64,000 nt of DNA from assembly GCA_043825875.1 (NCBI GenBank), contig JBDRRF010000116.1, positions 1-64,000 of the forward strand. The letters are read 5' to 3'. Shown here one piece after another: positions 38,488-49,413 of this stretch (positions are counted from its first letter, which is position 1; the number at the start of each line of letters is the position of its first letter). Position numbers and translations under genes: made by a program. The stretch comes from Pseudomonadota bacterium. Lineage in GTDB: Bacteria; Desulfobacterota; Desulfobacteria; Desulfobacterales; RPRI01. Below the pieces are notes generated by a model, which had not been told where the DNA came from, ran no database searches, and saw only the letters and a list, made by a program, of their open reading frames with translations.

Positions 38488-41190
38488 TTATTGTCTATAA
38501 GGTTCAAGTGCTGCCCGGAACTTTGGTGATCCGGGATAATTTAGCCTAACAGCATTATCATAATATTTAATTGCATTTGGAAACTGCCTTAAAACGTAAT
38601 ATGCCATTGCAATATTGTAATTAGCCAACACATGGTTTGGTGATATTGTTAATGCTTTTTTATATTGGATTATAGCTTCAGCAGGCATTTTTTTTAAAAA
38701 ATATGTATAGCCCAAATTATTCACGGCATCTGCATTATCAGGTTGTAAAGCAATTGCAGTTTCAAAGCTCCTAACCGAACTATCAAGCAAATTGCTTTTT
38801 CCATATATCACTCCAAGAGAATAATGCCCTTGAAAAAAGGAAGGCTTAATTTCAACTGATTTTTTAAAATGTAAAATAGCATTCTGCATTTGACCCAAGG
38901 ATTCTAATGCCAAGGCGAGGTTGTAATGTGTTTCGTGTGAATCCGGTTTGTTTTTAAGTGACATTTCATAATAGTCGATTGCTTTTTCATGTTTTTTAAT
39001 TCCTGTATAACAGAGTCCAAGAAATGTGTACACTGATTCTAAATTAGGATCTTTGTTTGCTGCGATTTCGAGATGTGAAATCGCTTCCTCAAATTGTTTT
39101 ATTTTATATTTTTCAATACCCAAAAAATAATTGGCAAGTGCGTTTTCAGGATCAGTTTTCAAAACTTCAGAAAAACTTTCTATTCCTTTCTTTTTTTTAT
39201 CCATTGCCAGATAAAAGACTCCCAAAGAGTTTTGGATAGATATAATATCTTGTTTTGCCTCGTTCGCCGATGCCACTTCCAGTGCCTTTTTATAAGTTAA
39301 TTCGGCTTTTTCATTCATGCCTTGAAGTTTATATGCCTCACCCAGATAATGATAAGCCTGATATGATTTTGGATCTGCTTTAAGAGCTTCACTGGAAGCC
39401 CATAACACTTTTTCATTCATTCCTTTCTTTCTATAGATATTACATAATCCCAGATAGGCCGGAGAGTATTTAGAATCATATTTTGTAGCTGATTGATAGG
39501 CATCAAAAGCTTTTTCCCAGTTTCCTTTATCAATATAATCATTACCAATGCAAACATACTCATAGGCGGTAGTATTGCTATGAAGATTTTTTTTTAAATT
39601 CTCCAGGCGGTTCCGGCATACGGAACAAAGATCTTCGGATTTTGCATCATGCTCTTCCAAACTATTAGGATATGAACGAGCACATAAAGGTGTATCACAT
39701 CTTGGGATTCCAAGTGCAAAATTGGTAGAAGAAAGGGCTTGTTTAAGCAATCGATTAATTAGACGAGGTCTGTTTTGTTTTTCATTAGTGTTAACAGAGG
39801 CAAATCCGGCATAGGAAATCACACCATAGCTTCCGTCAGTATGACCAAAAAGAAAGTTACAAGTTTCACAGTAAAGATCCTGTGACGTAACACCAATATA
39901 AGCCATAATGGTCTTACTTTTATTAAAAGGGAATATGTTTCTCATTTCTTCAGTAATCAGTTCCGGATTATATTGTCCTTTTTGACCAAGGTTATCTAAG
40001 ATATTATTATAATTTTGTAGCTCAATTTCTCCTACCACACCTAATTTATTAAAGTATGACACAATAAATCGACTTTGATTTGAATAGGAAGAAAGGTCTT
40101 CGCTTTTTAAATGTAAGCCGGAAAGCAGCATGTTTTTTTGTAAGGAAGTTATATTTTCCGATATTTTTTTAAACACTTCCGATATATATTTTTCCGAATA
40201 AATTCTATTTGGTTCTCCAAGGGGAATTGTTTGCCCTGATAATAAGACTTTTATCCCCATTATATTCTGCAATACTACTCGTAACTCAGATAAAATTTGG
40301 TGGTTAACATCGCCTAAAGGTACTAAAAGTATTTCGATTTTTTCATTAGCAGGCTCAGGTACTAGAAGATGTGGCAAATCAACTTTTAAATCAGATAATA
40401 TTTTTTTTGTCTTTTCAAACAATCGATCATCTTCGACCAGATTATAAATATTTATCAGACGTTTAATCGTCTCTTTACTACGATTTAGTTTTATTAACAA
40501 TTCACAAAACTTAATTTGATATTCAAAGTTAGTTGGATCAGACTTTAAACCGGTTTGGTATATTTTAATTGCTCTTTCATTAAGACCTTCATCCTGATAA
40601 ATTTGGGCTAATCGAAATATATTCTCAATGTTTTTCCTGATTTCTACGGTATTATCTTTTTCAATCAAATTATTTACCAACAATTCCAACTCATTTTTAC
40701 TAATAAATTTATCAGTACATTTTTCTTCTGTAGGCTGGTTATTTATTGCAGAAGCAGTATTTTGGAAAGAATCGGAATCTACATGAAAAAAAAGAATGCT
40801 CCAACTATTTTTCTCTTTGATTATCTTTACTGATACTTTTGCAAGACCATTTTCAAATTTACCATTTGCCGCATAGTTGCCTGTAATTATTTTTATACCA
40901 TCCGAAGTTCTTGAAATGATAATCTGACCTTCCGATTTTTGATAATCCTCAAGTGTGCCAAGTTTTTTTAATAAAAAAAATTGACTCTCAAATTGGGAAT
41001 AAGTACTATTATTTAGTAACTCTTTATGGCTGTGCTTTGTAAGTTCTGATAATTCCCAATTTTGAATGATTTTCGGGACAACATCATCAACATATATTTT
41101 TGCTTGGTTATCAAGCTTTTTCATGTTCGTGCATGATACACAGAAAAGAATCGTCAAAAAAATAGTTCCGGTTTTTATAATACTATTCAC
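38488..41190 (-). CDS. Putative lipoprotein with TPR arrays and an inactive archaemetzincin-like domain
   Basis: Lipobox-like FCVSC; ILLVPLG, GVTSQDLY, NFLFG, C-x4-C...C-x2-C; about 10 C-terminal TPRs. Confidence 0.8.
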   Translation of the reverse strand: MNSIIKTGTIFLTILFCVSCTNMKKLDNQAKIYVDDVVPKIIQNWELSELTKHSHKELLNNSTYSQFESQFFLLKKLGTLEDYQKSEGQIIISRTSDGIKIITGNYAANGKFENGLAKVSVKIIKEKNSWSILFFHVDSDSFQNTASAINNQPTEEKCTDKFISKNELELLVNNLIEKDNTVEIRKNIENIFRLAQIYQDEGLNERAIKIYQTGLKSDPTNFEYQIKFCELLIKLNRSKETIKRLINIYNLVEDDRLFEKTKKILSDLKVDLPHLLVPEPANEKIEILLVPLGDVNHQILSELRVVLQNIMGIKVLLSGQTIPLGEPNRIYSEKYISEVFKKISENITSLQKNMLLSGLHLKSEDLSSYSNQSRFIVSYFNKLGVVGEIELQNYNNILDNLGQKGQYNPELITEEMRNIFPFNKSKTIMAYIGVTSQDLYCETCNFLFGHTDGSYGVISYAGFASVNTNEKQNRPRLINRLLKQALSSTNFALGIPRCDTPLCARSYPNSLEEHDAKSEDLCSVCRNRLENLKKNLHSNTTAYEYVCIGNDYIDKGNWEKAFDAYQSATKYDSKYSPAYLGLCNIYRKKGMNEKVLWASSEALKADPKSYQAYHYLGEAYKLQGMNEKAELTYKKALEVASANEAKQDIISIQNSLGVFYLAMDKKKKGIESFSEVLKTDPENALANYFLGIEKYKIKQFEEAISHLEIAANKDPNLESVYTFLGLCYTGIKKHEKAIDYYEMSLKNKPDSHETHYNLALALESLGQMQNAILHFKKSVEIKPSFFQGHYSLGVIYGKSNLLDSSVRSFETAIALQPDNADAVNNLGYTYFLKKMPAEAIIQYKKALTISPNHVLANYNIAMAYYVLRQFPNAIKYYDNAVRLNYPGSPKFRAALEPYRQ

Positions 41191-41686
41191 TTAATTATCT
41201 CCTGAATATAATATATAGGATACCTTTGACTTATTGAATAATTAACACTATTTGAAAGAAATCTTGCTTCTTACTCAAAAATTCGAGGCCCAACCATAGG
41301 TATCATTATCTGTCATTCTTCCTATTAATAATAAGTGGCCGTATGCCACTATGCGCTTCACCTTGCTCTGCTATAATCTTCCCATCGCGATCTATTAATA
41401 AATGCTCCTTAAACGTATCAAAAGCATAAACTACACCGTTAACCTTTAAATGACCATTCCCGTTTTTTTAACATCTGTTCTTCGAATTCTCTTTTCCTTA
41501 CTTCAATATTCATTTAAATTAAATAATTTGTGGTAAATGCTTGTGGTATCATGTCCTTATTATTAGAAGATACGCAATAAATATCATCAATATTTCTTGA
41601 TGATCTTGAAGTCGACTTCAAACCTTTATCACTCTATTGTTTTTTGATTCAGATAGCGTGCTTAGTAGTACTCCTCTTGAAAAGTG

Positions 41687-44182
41687 CTAACTTATATTAA
41701 GGGCTTTTTCGATTTGCACTACAATAGCGGCCAGATTGGCTATAAGGCGACCAAGCAGTATAAAAGGCGCACTCATACCATTTTCCAGGGCGTTAATCAA
41801 TTCGCCCAAATTATCTTCTCGCGGAATGTTGCCCACAAGAAAATGGCCCAGTAAAATATTTTTTTCCGCATGATCAAAAGGATAATCGCTATCGGCAAAA
41901 CGCACTTTAACATCTTGTAACAGGTGATGTCCGGTATGCATTAATTTGTGAATCTTTTTAATGAATAACTCGTTATCCTGATTATCTTCTAACTGATGCG
42001 CCAGTACTATCAACTGTTGGTATGATGATTCTATAGCCATAAAATCATCATGGCTATCAGCAAGTATGTTCCAGGTTTCCATATAATTCTGTGCTCTGGT
42101 TTTTAATTCTTTGCTGTCCGGAATACGCTTAATTATGGGGTCATAAGCGAGCATAGATAAACTTTGTTCTATGCGCTCGAAAGATGTGGCTTCAAACTGT
42201 TTCATCTGATTAAAAAGCCCTTGCCCTTCTGCGGAGGCTCTCGATCGGGCCTGTTCGACAGTCTCACGGTTGGCATGGGTCAGGTTGAAGTCTTTCGGGT
42301 TAAAGGTAAATCCTGCTTCAAGCAGTACTATTGCCCGATCAAGTTGAAGCATCCGTTTATGAATTTTTTTATAAATGCTGACGGTAGTGCTATATTCTTT
42401 TTTTTGTTGATTTAATTTGGCTTTCAGTGTCTTGATGCGTTCGATACAAATTTTCGCGTCTTTTGGCTGTTTAATCGGAAGAGAGAATTCTTCCGGTTTA
42501 ATGAACATATTAAACTGACCACCGAAGACTTGTTCTAAGGCATCGAATGCCTCAGCTTCCTTGTCCTGATTTTTAATTAACTGCTCGAACGGTATCAGGC
42601 GATCTTCCGGAATGGATTGCTCAAGAACCATGGTGTAGTAGTCATTGGTGTCTTCCTTACAAGTGGTGGGAAAATTGGAAAAAAGAATTGTCGATGGTGG
42701 TGAACAACGATAGATACCATCAGGATCATCCGGTTGTATTTCAGCAAGATAGCGCTGTATTTCAGAATCGTTTGTATCCAAATAGAATTTTGGAGGTTTA
42801 TCGTATTTGCGGGCATGGGCAATGCGTTCAGCCGTGCTGGGGTGAGTGTCAAAAAGCCCCCTGCGGTTGCTGTTTTTTAATGATTGGATAATTTTTTTCT
42901 TATCCGATTGAGGAATCCGATTGGCGCGAGATTGGATAAGTGCAGGCAGATTATCCACAAGCCGGCCTTCCCGCCAGGCACTGCCTAGATCATTGTAAGC
43001 CCATTGATGTGCTCCCGAGAGAATCTCCAAGCGTTCCGAGCCTGATTGAAAGACATCTGCGCCAATAAGTGCCAATCCATGGCGGTCAGCATTATATTCC
43101 ATTTGGCGCATCATGAAACAACTCACCACCTCACCGATCCACATAAGCATCCACAATACTTTTCGGGTCAACCAGATGAAAAACATTGCGAAATAGAGTA
43201 TTATAGAAATTCGAAAATCCCATTTCTTACTCCATTGTTTTATCCTTACATCCCACTCATCTTTTTCATAAACGACTCTGGCGAACCAATGATTTATAAG
43301 CCGTATGATATAGCTAAAACGCATGGCGACAGTCTGGGAAAAATGACCAAACTCATGGCCAATGACTTCTGTTAATTGGTACAAGTTCATGCCGGCAACA
43401 AGAGGAAGGCCGATAGTCAGCTCAAGTTCATTTGAAAAAAAACCTTTTATGCCCCGTTTTAATCCTGCTGAAGCATTTACCTGCATAATTGTGTAAATTT
43501 CCGCCGGCAAGGGTGCGCCAAGCATATCTGCAATTTTTTCTACATAGGCATATAGAAAGGGTTCTTTTTTCGGATCGATCGGGCAACGGTTGTCATTAAC
43601 CCAGCGACGCGCAAAAATTGGTTTCACCATAAAAAGCATCAGCAGGAAGCCGATGATGATAGGGGCTACATAAGCAATGATAGCACCACGGGCACTACGC
43701 AATTCATGAAACAGGGTGATGTTTTCCCGGATGTGGAAAAGCAGCAGATAACCTATCCCAGTGATGAAGGCAAGATAAATCAGCGGCAATAGTAACATAA
43801 TAAAAGCTGTAACCCCCAAGCCTATCCGATATAAAAAAGGAATCGGAATTTTCTCAATTTTTCCCTGAAATCCACGTATGATCATGCTTTTAATTTTATT
43901 TATATCGACAGGTGTTTTTAGCGTCTGTGCCGTTGGCTGGGTATCTACAGGGGCAAAACTTGCCTTTGCACCTAATGCATTTAACTTCAATACCATTTTT
44001 TCCGCCTGATTTTCTTTCAGTGTAAGTACCAGGGAAGCCTTTGGATTTTTTAGCAGTACAGCCAACGTTTCGGGCGGTGCTTTTGGAAATGTTTTTATTA
44101 AGAATCCGTACACTTTTTTTTTGCCGATATTATCATCGATTGCACCTATGGTCAGCTTACCTTTAACTTTCTCTTCGCTCAT
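41687..44182 (-). CDS. M48 family membrane zinc metallopeptidase with long helical C-terminus
   Basis: VNASAG, IGLPL, GHEFGH, RQMEYNAD, DTHPST.ERI. Confidence 0.88.
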   Translation of the reverse strand: MSEEKVKGKLTIGAIDDNIGKKKVYGFLIKTFPKAPPETLAVLLKNPKASLVLTLKENQAEKMVLKLNALGAKASFAPVDTQPTAQTLKTPVDINKIKSMIIRGFQGKIEKIPIPFLYRIGLGVTAFIMLLLPLIYLAFITGIGYLLLFHIRENITLFHELRSARGAIIAYVAPIIIGFLLMLFMVKPIFARRWVNDNRCPIDPKKEPFLYAYVEKIADMLGAPLPAEIYTIMQVNASAGLKRGIKGFFSNELELTIGLPLVAGMNLYQLTEVIGHEFGHFSQTVAMRFSYIIRLINHWFARVVYEKDEWDVRIKQWSKKWDFRISIILYFAMFFIWLTRKVLWMLMWIGEVVSCFMMRQMEYNADRHGLALIGADVFQSGSERLEILSGAHQWAYNDLGSAWREGRLVDNLPALIQSRANRIPQSDKKKIIQSLKNSNRRGLFDTHPSTAERIAHARKYDKPPKFYLDTNDSEIQRYLAEIQPDDPDGIYRCSPPSTILFSNFPTTCKEDTNDYYTMVLEQSIPEDRLIPFEQLIKNQDKEAEAFDALEQVFGGQFNMFIKPEEFSLPIKQPKDAKICIERIKTLKAKLNQQKKEYSTTVSIYKKIHKRMLQLDRAIVLLEAGFTFNPKDFNLTHANRETVEQARSRASAEGQGLFNQMKQFEATSFERIEQSLSMLAYDPIIKRIPDSKELKTRAQNYMETWNILADSHDDFMAIESSYQQLIVLAHQLEDNQDNELFIKKIHKLMHTGHHLLQDVKVRFADSDYPFDHAEKNILLGHFLVGNIPREDNLGELINALENGMSAPFILLGRLIANLAAIVVQIEKALNIS

Positions 44183-44284
44183 TCGTGCTTAATCCTCCAT
44201 TACCGGTTCATAAGATAAACAATAGCTGCTTCCATTCTCTTGGAATAATTACCCTGAGCTCTAATCATGCTGTAATATAGTTGC

Positions 44285-44779
44285 TCATAAGTTCTTCTTT
44301 ATAGATTTTATTAATTCAGGATGACGCTTTATTACACCGCTAATATTTTCAACTTTGCCACCACATTTATAGCAAGATAATTCTTTTGCATCTTGTGATT
44401 TTTGGATAGCTCCACAGGAGATGCATATTTTATTATAAGTGTTTTTAGCTTTATCAATCCCTGTGCCAGAACTTTTAAGGAAAGCTGTAATAATAGATAA
44501 AACTCCAAAGATAAAGATAACTGCAAACAAAAGGCGATTATGGACAGGAAAACCCCACCGTTCTGAAGATTGTGCTCCAGGAGAAAAATTATGGAATCCG
44601 GGTTCTTGACTAAGTGAAAGGAGGCTAACGAAAAGAAAAAACAATCCTGCCGATAGATACCAAAGGTTTAATTTTTTTCTTTTAATAAGCGTTAAGGCTA
44701 CAGGGATTATTGAATCATATGCTATCCCAACCACAACGAGGCCTAAGAAAAGAAATATTATGAATATCCAAACGTACAT
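44285..44779 (-). CDS. Membrane protein with C-terminal zinc ribbon
   Basis: Three hydrophobic helices; CISC...CYKCGG. Confidence 0.65.
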   Translation of the reverse strand: MYVWIFIIFLFLGLVVVGIAYDSIIPVALTLIKRKKLNLWYLSAGLFFLFVSLLSLSQEPGFHNFSPGAQSSERWGFPVHNRLLFAVIFIFGVLSIITAFLKSSGTGIDKAKNTYNKICISCGAIQKSQDAKELSCYKCGGKVENISGVIKRHPELIKSIKKNL

Positions 44780-45039
44780 ATTTTAAATAATAAATTTATA
44801 GCAATTAATATACATAGTATTTAAAATTTGGTTTTGAAAAGATCTATATTTGGAATCCTCTTTCCTTTACAGTAACATTTATCTAAAATCAAATAATTTA
44901 TGTTATAGCTATGCGGCATCATATTTTGATCATTAGAAAATCGCGATACACATAATGATTTCTTTCCGGAAAAGGGGGTGGTGGGTTGATGGTTTTAAAG
45001 TAAGGAGATTGTGATTAGCACTCTTATTTGCCGTATCTG

Positions 45040-45870
45040 TCAAATCGCTCTTGCAAGAGTAAGAACATCAACGCTTTTTGCACCGCCTTTAATAAGAACT
45101 TTTGCGCATTCGTCAACTGTGGCTCCGGTAGTATATACATCATCTACTAAAAGAATTCTCTTTGACTTTACTTTAGAAAATTCCTTAACTGTAAAAGCTC
45201 CTTTGATATTTTTTATTCTTTCTTCGCGCCCCAGACCCGTTTGCGGCTGAGTCCATACGGTTCTTTCAATGACATCTTTGCCTATTTCAATCCGGCCTGA
45301 TTCAACCATGAACCTTTCAGCTAATTCTTTTAAATTTCTTATAAGAAAATAGGCCTGATTAAATCCCCTTGCCCTGAAACGTTTTATATGCAGGGGAACA
45401 GGAATAACAATATCAAAATCACTTAGTTTCCAGTGCCGCATAAGCACGGAAAAAAGAAGTAATTCAAGAGAAGCTGCAACCTGAAGCTTTCCTTTGTATT
45501 TGAAAGAATGAATCACTTCCATCACTGCCAGGCTGTAGAGAAATATAGCACGAGCTTTTCCAAAACGTTTCGGTTGTTCAATGCATTTCTGGCAAAGATG
45601 GTCTTCGCCCTCACGGCTTTTAAAAACAGCCCCGCATGAGGAACATATTGGAGATTCTACAGGCAAATAATCGTCACAGCAGGCGGCGCACAGGAATGGA
45701 TACATTACTCTTTCAAACGTGATATTTTCCATTTCGGATAGCTTGTCAGCTAAATTAACAATATCTACAGAATTATTTTTAGAAAAACCGTGGAAAAAAG
45801 AACCGCACACAATACATCTGGAAGGAAAAACAGCTTCTTTTAGTATTTCCGCCATTCGGAACATAAGCAT
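45040..45870 (-). CDS. comF: ComF family double-zinc-ribbon phosphoribosyltransferase
   Basis: FPSRCIVC, PVPLH, RGFNQA, LVDDVYTTGAT. Confidence 0.92.
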   Translation of the reverse strand: MLMFRMAEILKEAVFPSRCIVCGSFFHGFSKNNSVDIVNLADKLSEMENITFERVMYPFLCAACCDDYLPVESPICSSCGAVFKSREGEDHLCQKCIEQPKRFGKARAIFLYSLAVMEVIHSFKYKGKLQVAASLELLLFSVLMRHWKLSDFDIVIPVPLHIKRFRARGFNQAYFLIRNLKELAERFMVESGRIEIGKDVIERTVWTQPQTGLGREERIKNIKGAFTVKEFSKVKSKRILLVDDVYTTGATVDECAKVLIKGGAKSVDVLTLARAI

Positions 45871-47097
45871 TTAAAGTGTGTCCATCTTTTCGATGATTGC
45901 AGTGGCAAACTGTGAACATTTCACCTTTGTAGCACCTTGCATCTGACGCGCAAGATCATATGTGACAATTTTATTATTAATGGTTGCCTGCAGGCTGGAT
46001 CTTATCAATTCGGAGACTTCGTCCCATTGCATATAATCAAACATCATGGCACCGGAAAGAATGAGAGAACTAGGATTTACCATATCTTTATCGGCATACT
46101 TCGGCGCTGTGCCGTGAGTCGCCTCAAAAACAGCGCAAAAATCCCCGATATTTGCACCAGGAGCCATGCCGAGGCCACCAACCTGGGCGGCAAGAGCATC
46201 TGAAATATAATCACCGTTTAGGTTCGGAGTAGCAATAACATCATATTCTTCAGGCCTTAACAGAACCTGCTGAAAAAGCATATCTGCAATACGGTCTTTT
46301 ATTATTACTTTTCCTTCGGGTCTTTTTTCGTTATATTTATCAAAAAGCTCCTGTTCGGTTATTGTTTGTTCCCCGAATTTTTCCTTTGCAACCTCATAAC
46401 CCCATTTTACAAAAGCGCCTTCCGTAAATTTCATGATATTGCCCTTGTGCATCAGGGTTACACTGGAAAGTCCTTCAGAAACCGCATAGGATATAGCTTT
46501 TGCAACAAGACGCTTGCTGTTTTTTTTGCTGATCGGCTTAATTCCGATACCTGCATCTTCGGGAAGAAAAACTCCCATATTCTTTGCCAGAAAGTTTCTG
46601 ATCTCAGCAGCACCTTCACTTCCTTCTTCCCATTCTATTCCTGCATATAAATCCTCGGTATTTTCTCTGAAAATAACCATATCGACTTTTTCAGGATTTT
46701 TCATAGGACTCGGAACGGAATCGATATATTTCACCGGCCGTATGCATGAATAAAGATCAAGTTTTTGTCTTAAAGAAACATTAACGCTTCTTATGCCTTT
46801 TCCTACAGGCGTAGTCATGGGGCCTTTTATGGCAACAACATGGTTTCTGATAGCATTAATGGTTTCTTCCGGAAGCCATTTCCCTGTATTTTTAAACGCC
46901 TTCTCGCCGGCTAGTATTTCAAGCCACTTTATTTCTCTTTTGCCTTTGTATGCCCTGGCCACAGCTTTATCAAACACCAGGCTCGCCGCCTTCCAGATAT
47001 CAGGCCCTGTACCATCTCCTTTAATAAATGGGATAATCGGGAAATCGGGAACATTTAACGTGCCGTCAGTATTTATGGTAATCTTAGCTTCAGTCAT
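45871..47097 (-). CDS. icd: NADP-dependent isocitrate dehydrogenase
   Basis: [55 protein letters not shown]. Confidence 0.96.
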   Translation of the reverse strand: MTEAKITINTDGTLNVPDFPIIPFIKGDGTGPDIWKAASLVFDKAVARAYKGKREIKWLEILAGEKAFKNTGKWLPEETINAIRNHVVAIKGPMTTPVGKGIRSVNVSLRQKLDLYSCIRPVKYIDSVPSPMKNPEKVDMVIFRENTEDLYAGIEWEEGSEGAAEIRNFLAKNMGVFLPEDAGIGIKPISKKNSKRLVAKAISYAVSEGLSSVTLMHKGNIMKFTEGAFVKWGYEVAKEKFGEQTITEQELFDKYNEKRPEGKVIIKDRIADMLFQQVLLRPEEYDVIATPNLNGDYISDALAAQVGGLGMAPGANIGDFCAVFEATHGTAPKYADKDMVNPSSLILSGAMMFDYMQWDEVSELIRSSLQATINNKIVTYDLARQMQGATKVKCSQFATAIIEKMDTL

Positions 47098-47138
47098 TTA
47101 TATAAGCTTTCTTTTATAAAAATATTGTATCTGATATT

Positions 47139-47426
47139 TTAATCTTGGGCATCGTATTTATTTTCAAGCTTAATTTTTTCTCTTTCAGAGATTTTCCCAA
47201 GTTCTACCAGAAGATCTCCGATACCGTCATATCTGAGATCATCAATTTTCATGATTGTATCTGGCCTCTTATCTTCGAGCTCATAAAATGTGTAAACAAA
47301 GGTCAACTCACTTTTCTTAAGAAGATGAATATTCTTTCCATCAAGGATTATATGATTATCCAGAAAGAAATAAACGGCACAAATCGCAATACCAATTAAG
47401 ATATACTTTCTAATTGTTCTAAGCAT
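47139..47426 (-). CDS. Small single-TM hypothetical protein
   Basis: 95-aa ORF with GGGGG RBS between dnaB and icd; N-terminal TM helix. Confidence 0.65.
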   Translation of the reverse strand: MLRTIRKYILIGIAICAVYFFLDNHIILDGKNIHLLKKSELTFVYTFYELEDKRPDTIMKIDDLRYDGIGDLLVELGKISEREKIKLENKYDAQD

Positions 47427-47441
47427 TCAGACCCCCTTATA

Positions 47442-48824
47442 TCATGGTTGGTCTCCTGTGTTGTATCTGTCTATTGCCATATCCTTAAATAATGTAAATG
47501 CGCTTATAAAAGTCAAAGAAATTTTGCCTGTCGGCCCGTTTCTTTGTTTCTCAAGCAAAATTTCTGCGGTGTTTCTATGGGGATTATCTTCACTCTTATT
47601 ATATACTTCATCCCTGTAAATAAAGGCTACCACATCTGCATCCTGCTCAAGGGCTCCCGACTCTCTTAAATCGGCAAGCTGCGGTCTTTTATCCGCCCGG
47701 TCTTCAAGTTTCCTGTTTAGCTGGGACAGCGCAATAACAGGAACACTTAACTCTTTTGCAAGAGCTTTTAAAGACCTTGATATATCGGCAATTTCAAGAT
47801 CCCTGCGTTCAGTAGGAAGTGAACTGCGCATGAGTTGAAGATAATCTACAATAACAAGCCCAAGGCCTTTATTCATTGTAAGCCTGCGGGCTTTAGCCCG
47901 AATTTCCATAACGGATATAGCCGGAGAATCATCTATAAATATTGGTAGTTCGGATAACATTCCTGCTGCATCCGTAAGGCTTTTCCAGTCTTCATTACTA
48001 AGAAAACCGCTTCTTACACGCGAAGAATCCACTTTTGCTTCTGAACATAGCATTCTTAGTGATAACTGCTCCTTGGACATTTCAAGCGAAAAAACGGCAA
48101 CTGGGGTATTTGATTTAACGGCTGCATTTCTGGCAATATTTAAGGCAAACGCGGTCTTGCCCATACCGGGACGCGCAGCAATAATTATAAGATCTGATTT
48201 CTGAAAACCCGATGTCATTTTATCAAGATCGGTAAAGCCTGTCTCTACACCGGTAACAAGGGCTCTTTTCCCCTGTCTTTCCTCAAGGGCATCAATATTA
48301 ACGTTTATTATGTCCTTTAAAGGATAAAAAGCCTGCTTTATTTTCTTTTCAGATATTTCAAAGATTGAGCTTTGGGAATAATCGAGTATCTCATCAAGAT
48401 TCCCGCCATCTTCAAAACATTTTCTTACAATGTTATTCGCCTGTTCGATAAGTCTTCTTAAACACGCTTTTTCATATACTATTCTGGCGTAATGAGATGC
48501 ATTTGTTGCAAGAGGGATATCTAAAAGCCTGGCTAAATATGTTGCTCCGCCAATTTGTTCAATCTTGCCCTGTTCTTTTAGGGCATTGGATAATGTAACA
48601 AGATCAACCGGTTCACTTTTGTTAAAAAGGTCCAACACAGCCGAATAAATTATCTGATGAACAGACTTATAAAAATCATCAGGAGAGAGAATCTCTACAA
48701 TGTCAAGTAATGTGTTATTATCGATCAAAATAGCGCTTAGCAAAGATTCCTCGGCCTCGATACTCTGGGGAGGAACCCTTAGCAAAGATGTATCTTTTGC
48801 GCCTTGTTGTTTAGTCCTTGTCAT
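47442..48824 (-). CDS. dnaB: Replicative DNA helicase
   Basis: PPQSIEAE, AARPGMGKT, FSLEM, VDYLQL, LSQLNR, DLRESGALEQDAD, KQRNGPTG. Confidence 0.98.
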   Translation of the reverse strand: MTRTKQQGAKDTSLLRVPPQSIEAEESLLSAILIDNNTLLDIVEILSPDDFYKSVHQIIYSAVLDLFNKSEPVDLVTLSNALKEQGKIEQIGGATYLARLLDIPLATNASHYARIVYEKACLRRLIEQANNIVRKCFEDGGNLDEILDYSQSSIFEISEKKIKQAFYPLKDIINVNIDALEERQGKRALVTGVETGFTDLDKMTSGFQKSDLIIIAARPGMGKTAFALNIARNAAVKSNTPVAVFSLEMSKEQLSLRMLCSEAKVDSSRVRSGFLSNEDWKSLTDAAGMLSELPIFIDDSPAISVMEIRAKARRLTMNKGLGLVIVDYLQLMRSSLPTERRDLEIADISRSLKALAKELSVPVIALSQLNRKLEDRADKRPQLADLRESGALEQDADVVAFIYRDEVYNKSEDNPHRNTAEILLEKQRNGPTGKISLTFISAFTLFKDMAIDRYNTGDQP

Positions 48825-48845
48825 TGAATTTGATGAAATAATAAT

Positions 48846-49295
48846 TTACATAGCTTCAGGCACAACTTCGACAGTTATTGTCGGTTTAATTCCCTTATAT
48901 ACGCGAACAGGTACGGAAAAAGTGCCTAATGTTTTTATGGGTTCAGCAAGCAGCACCATATTTTTCTCAACAACAATGCCCTGCGCTTCCAGTGACTCAA
49001 CTATCTCTCTTGCAGAAACCGATCCATAAAGGCGGTCTTCCTCGCTGACCTTTGCTGTTACCTTACAGACTACTCCATCGATTTTTTTAGCCATTTCTTC
49101 TGCAAGACCTTTTTCTTTTGCTAAAATAACTTCTACTTTGACTTTTTCACGCTCAAGCAGCTTAAGATTATGCAAGGTGTTTGGCACAGCCTTTTTCTGG
49201 GGTAAAAGATAGTTTCTTGCATACCCATCCTTAACATTTACGATAGAGCCGATAATGCCAAGTGATTCAATAGTTTCTTTCAATATTACTTCCAT
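48846..49295 (-). CDS. rplI: 50S ribosomal protein L9
   Basis: MEVIL, VKDGYARNYLLP, LYGSV, PIKTLG; ATG at 49295 after GGAGG. Confidence 0.96.
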   Translation of the reverse strand: MEVILKETIESLGIIGSIVNVKDGYARNYLLPQKKAVPNTLHNLKLLEREKVKVEVILAKEKGLAEEMAKKIDGVVCKVTAKVSEEDRLYGSVSAREIVESLEAQGIVVEKNMVLLAEPIKTLGTFSVPVRVYKGIKPTITVEVVPEAM

Positions 49296-49413
49296 TGTTA
49301 ACCTCCAAATAAACGCTGGCTTTTTATGCTGACATTGAAACAGCTTGATTAAGCCGGCAAATTTCAAAATTATATATATTCAAAATTAATCGTCTTGTTC
49401 TATAGCAAGTACA

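Noticed and set aside
41665..41690. CIRCE-like inverted repeat TAGTACTC...AGTGCTAA (and a half site TTAGCACTC near 45015)
   Set aside because: Spacing is one base short, there are mismatches, and both lie at gene 3' ends rather than heat-shock promoters.
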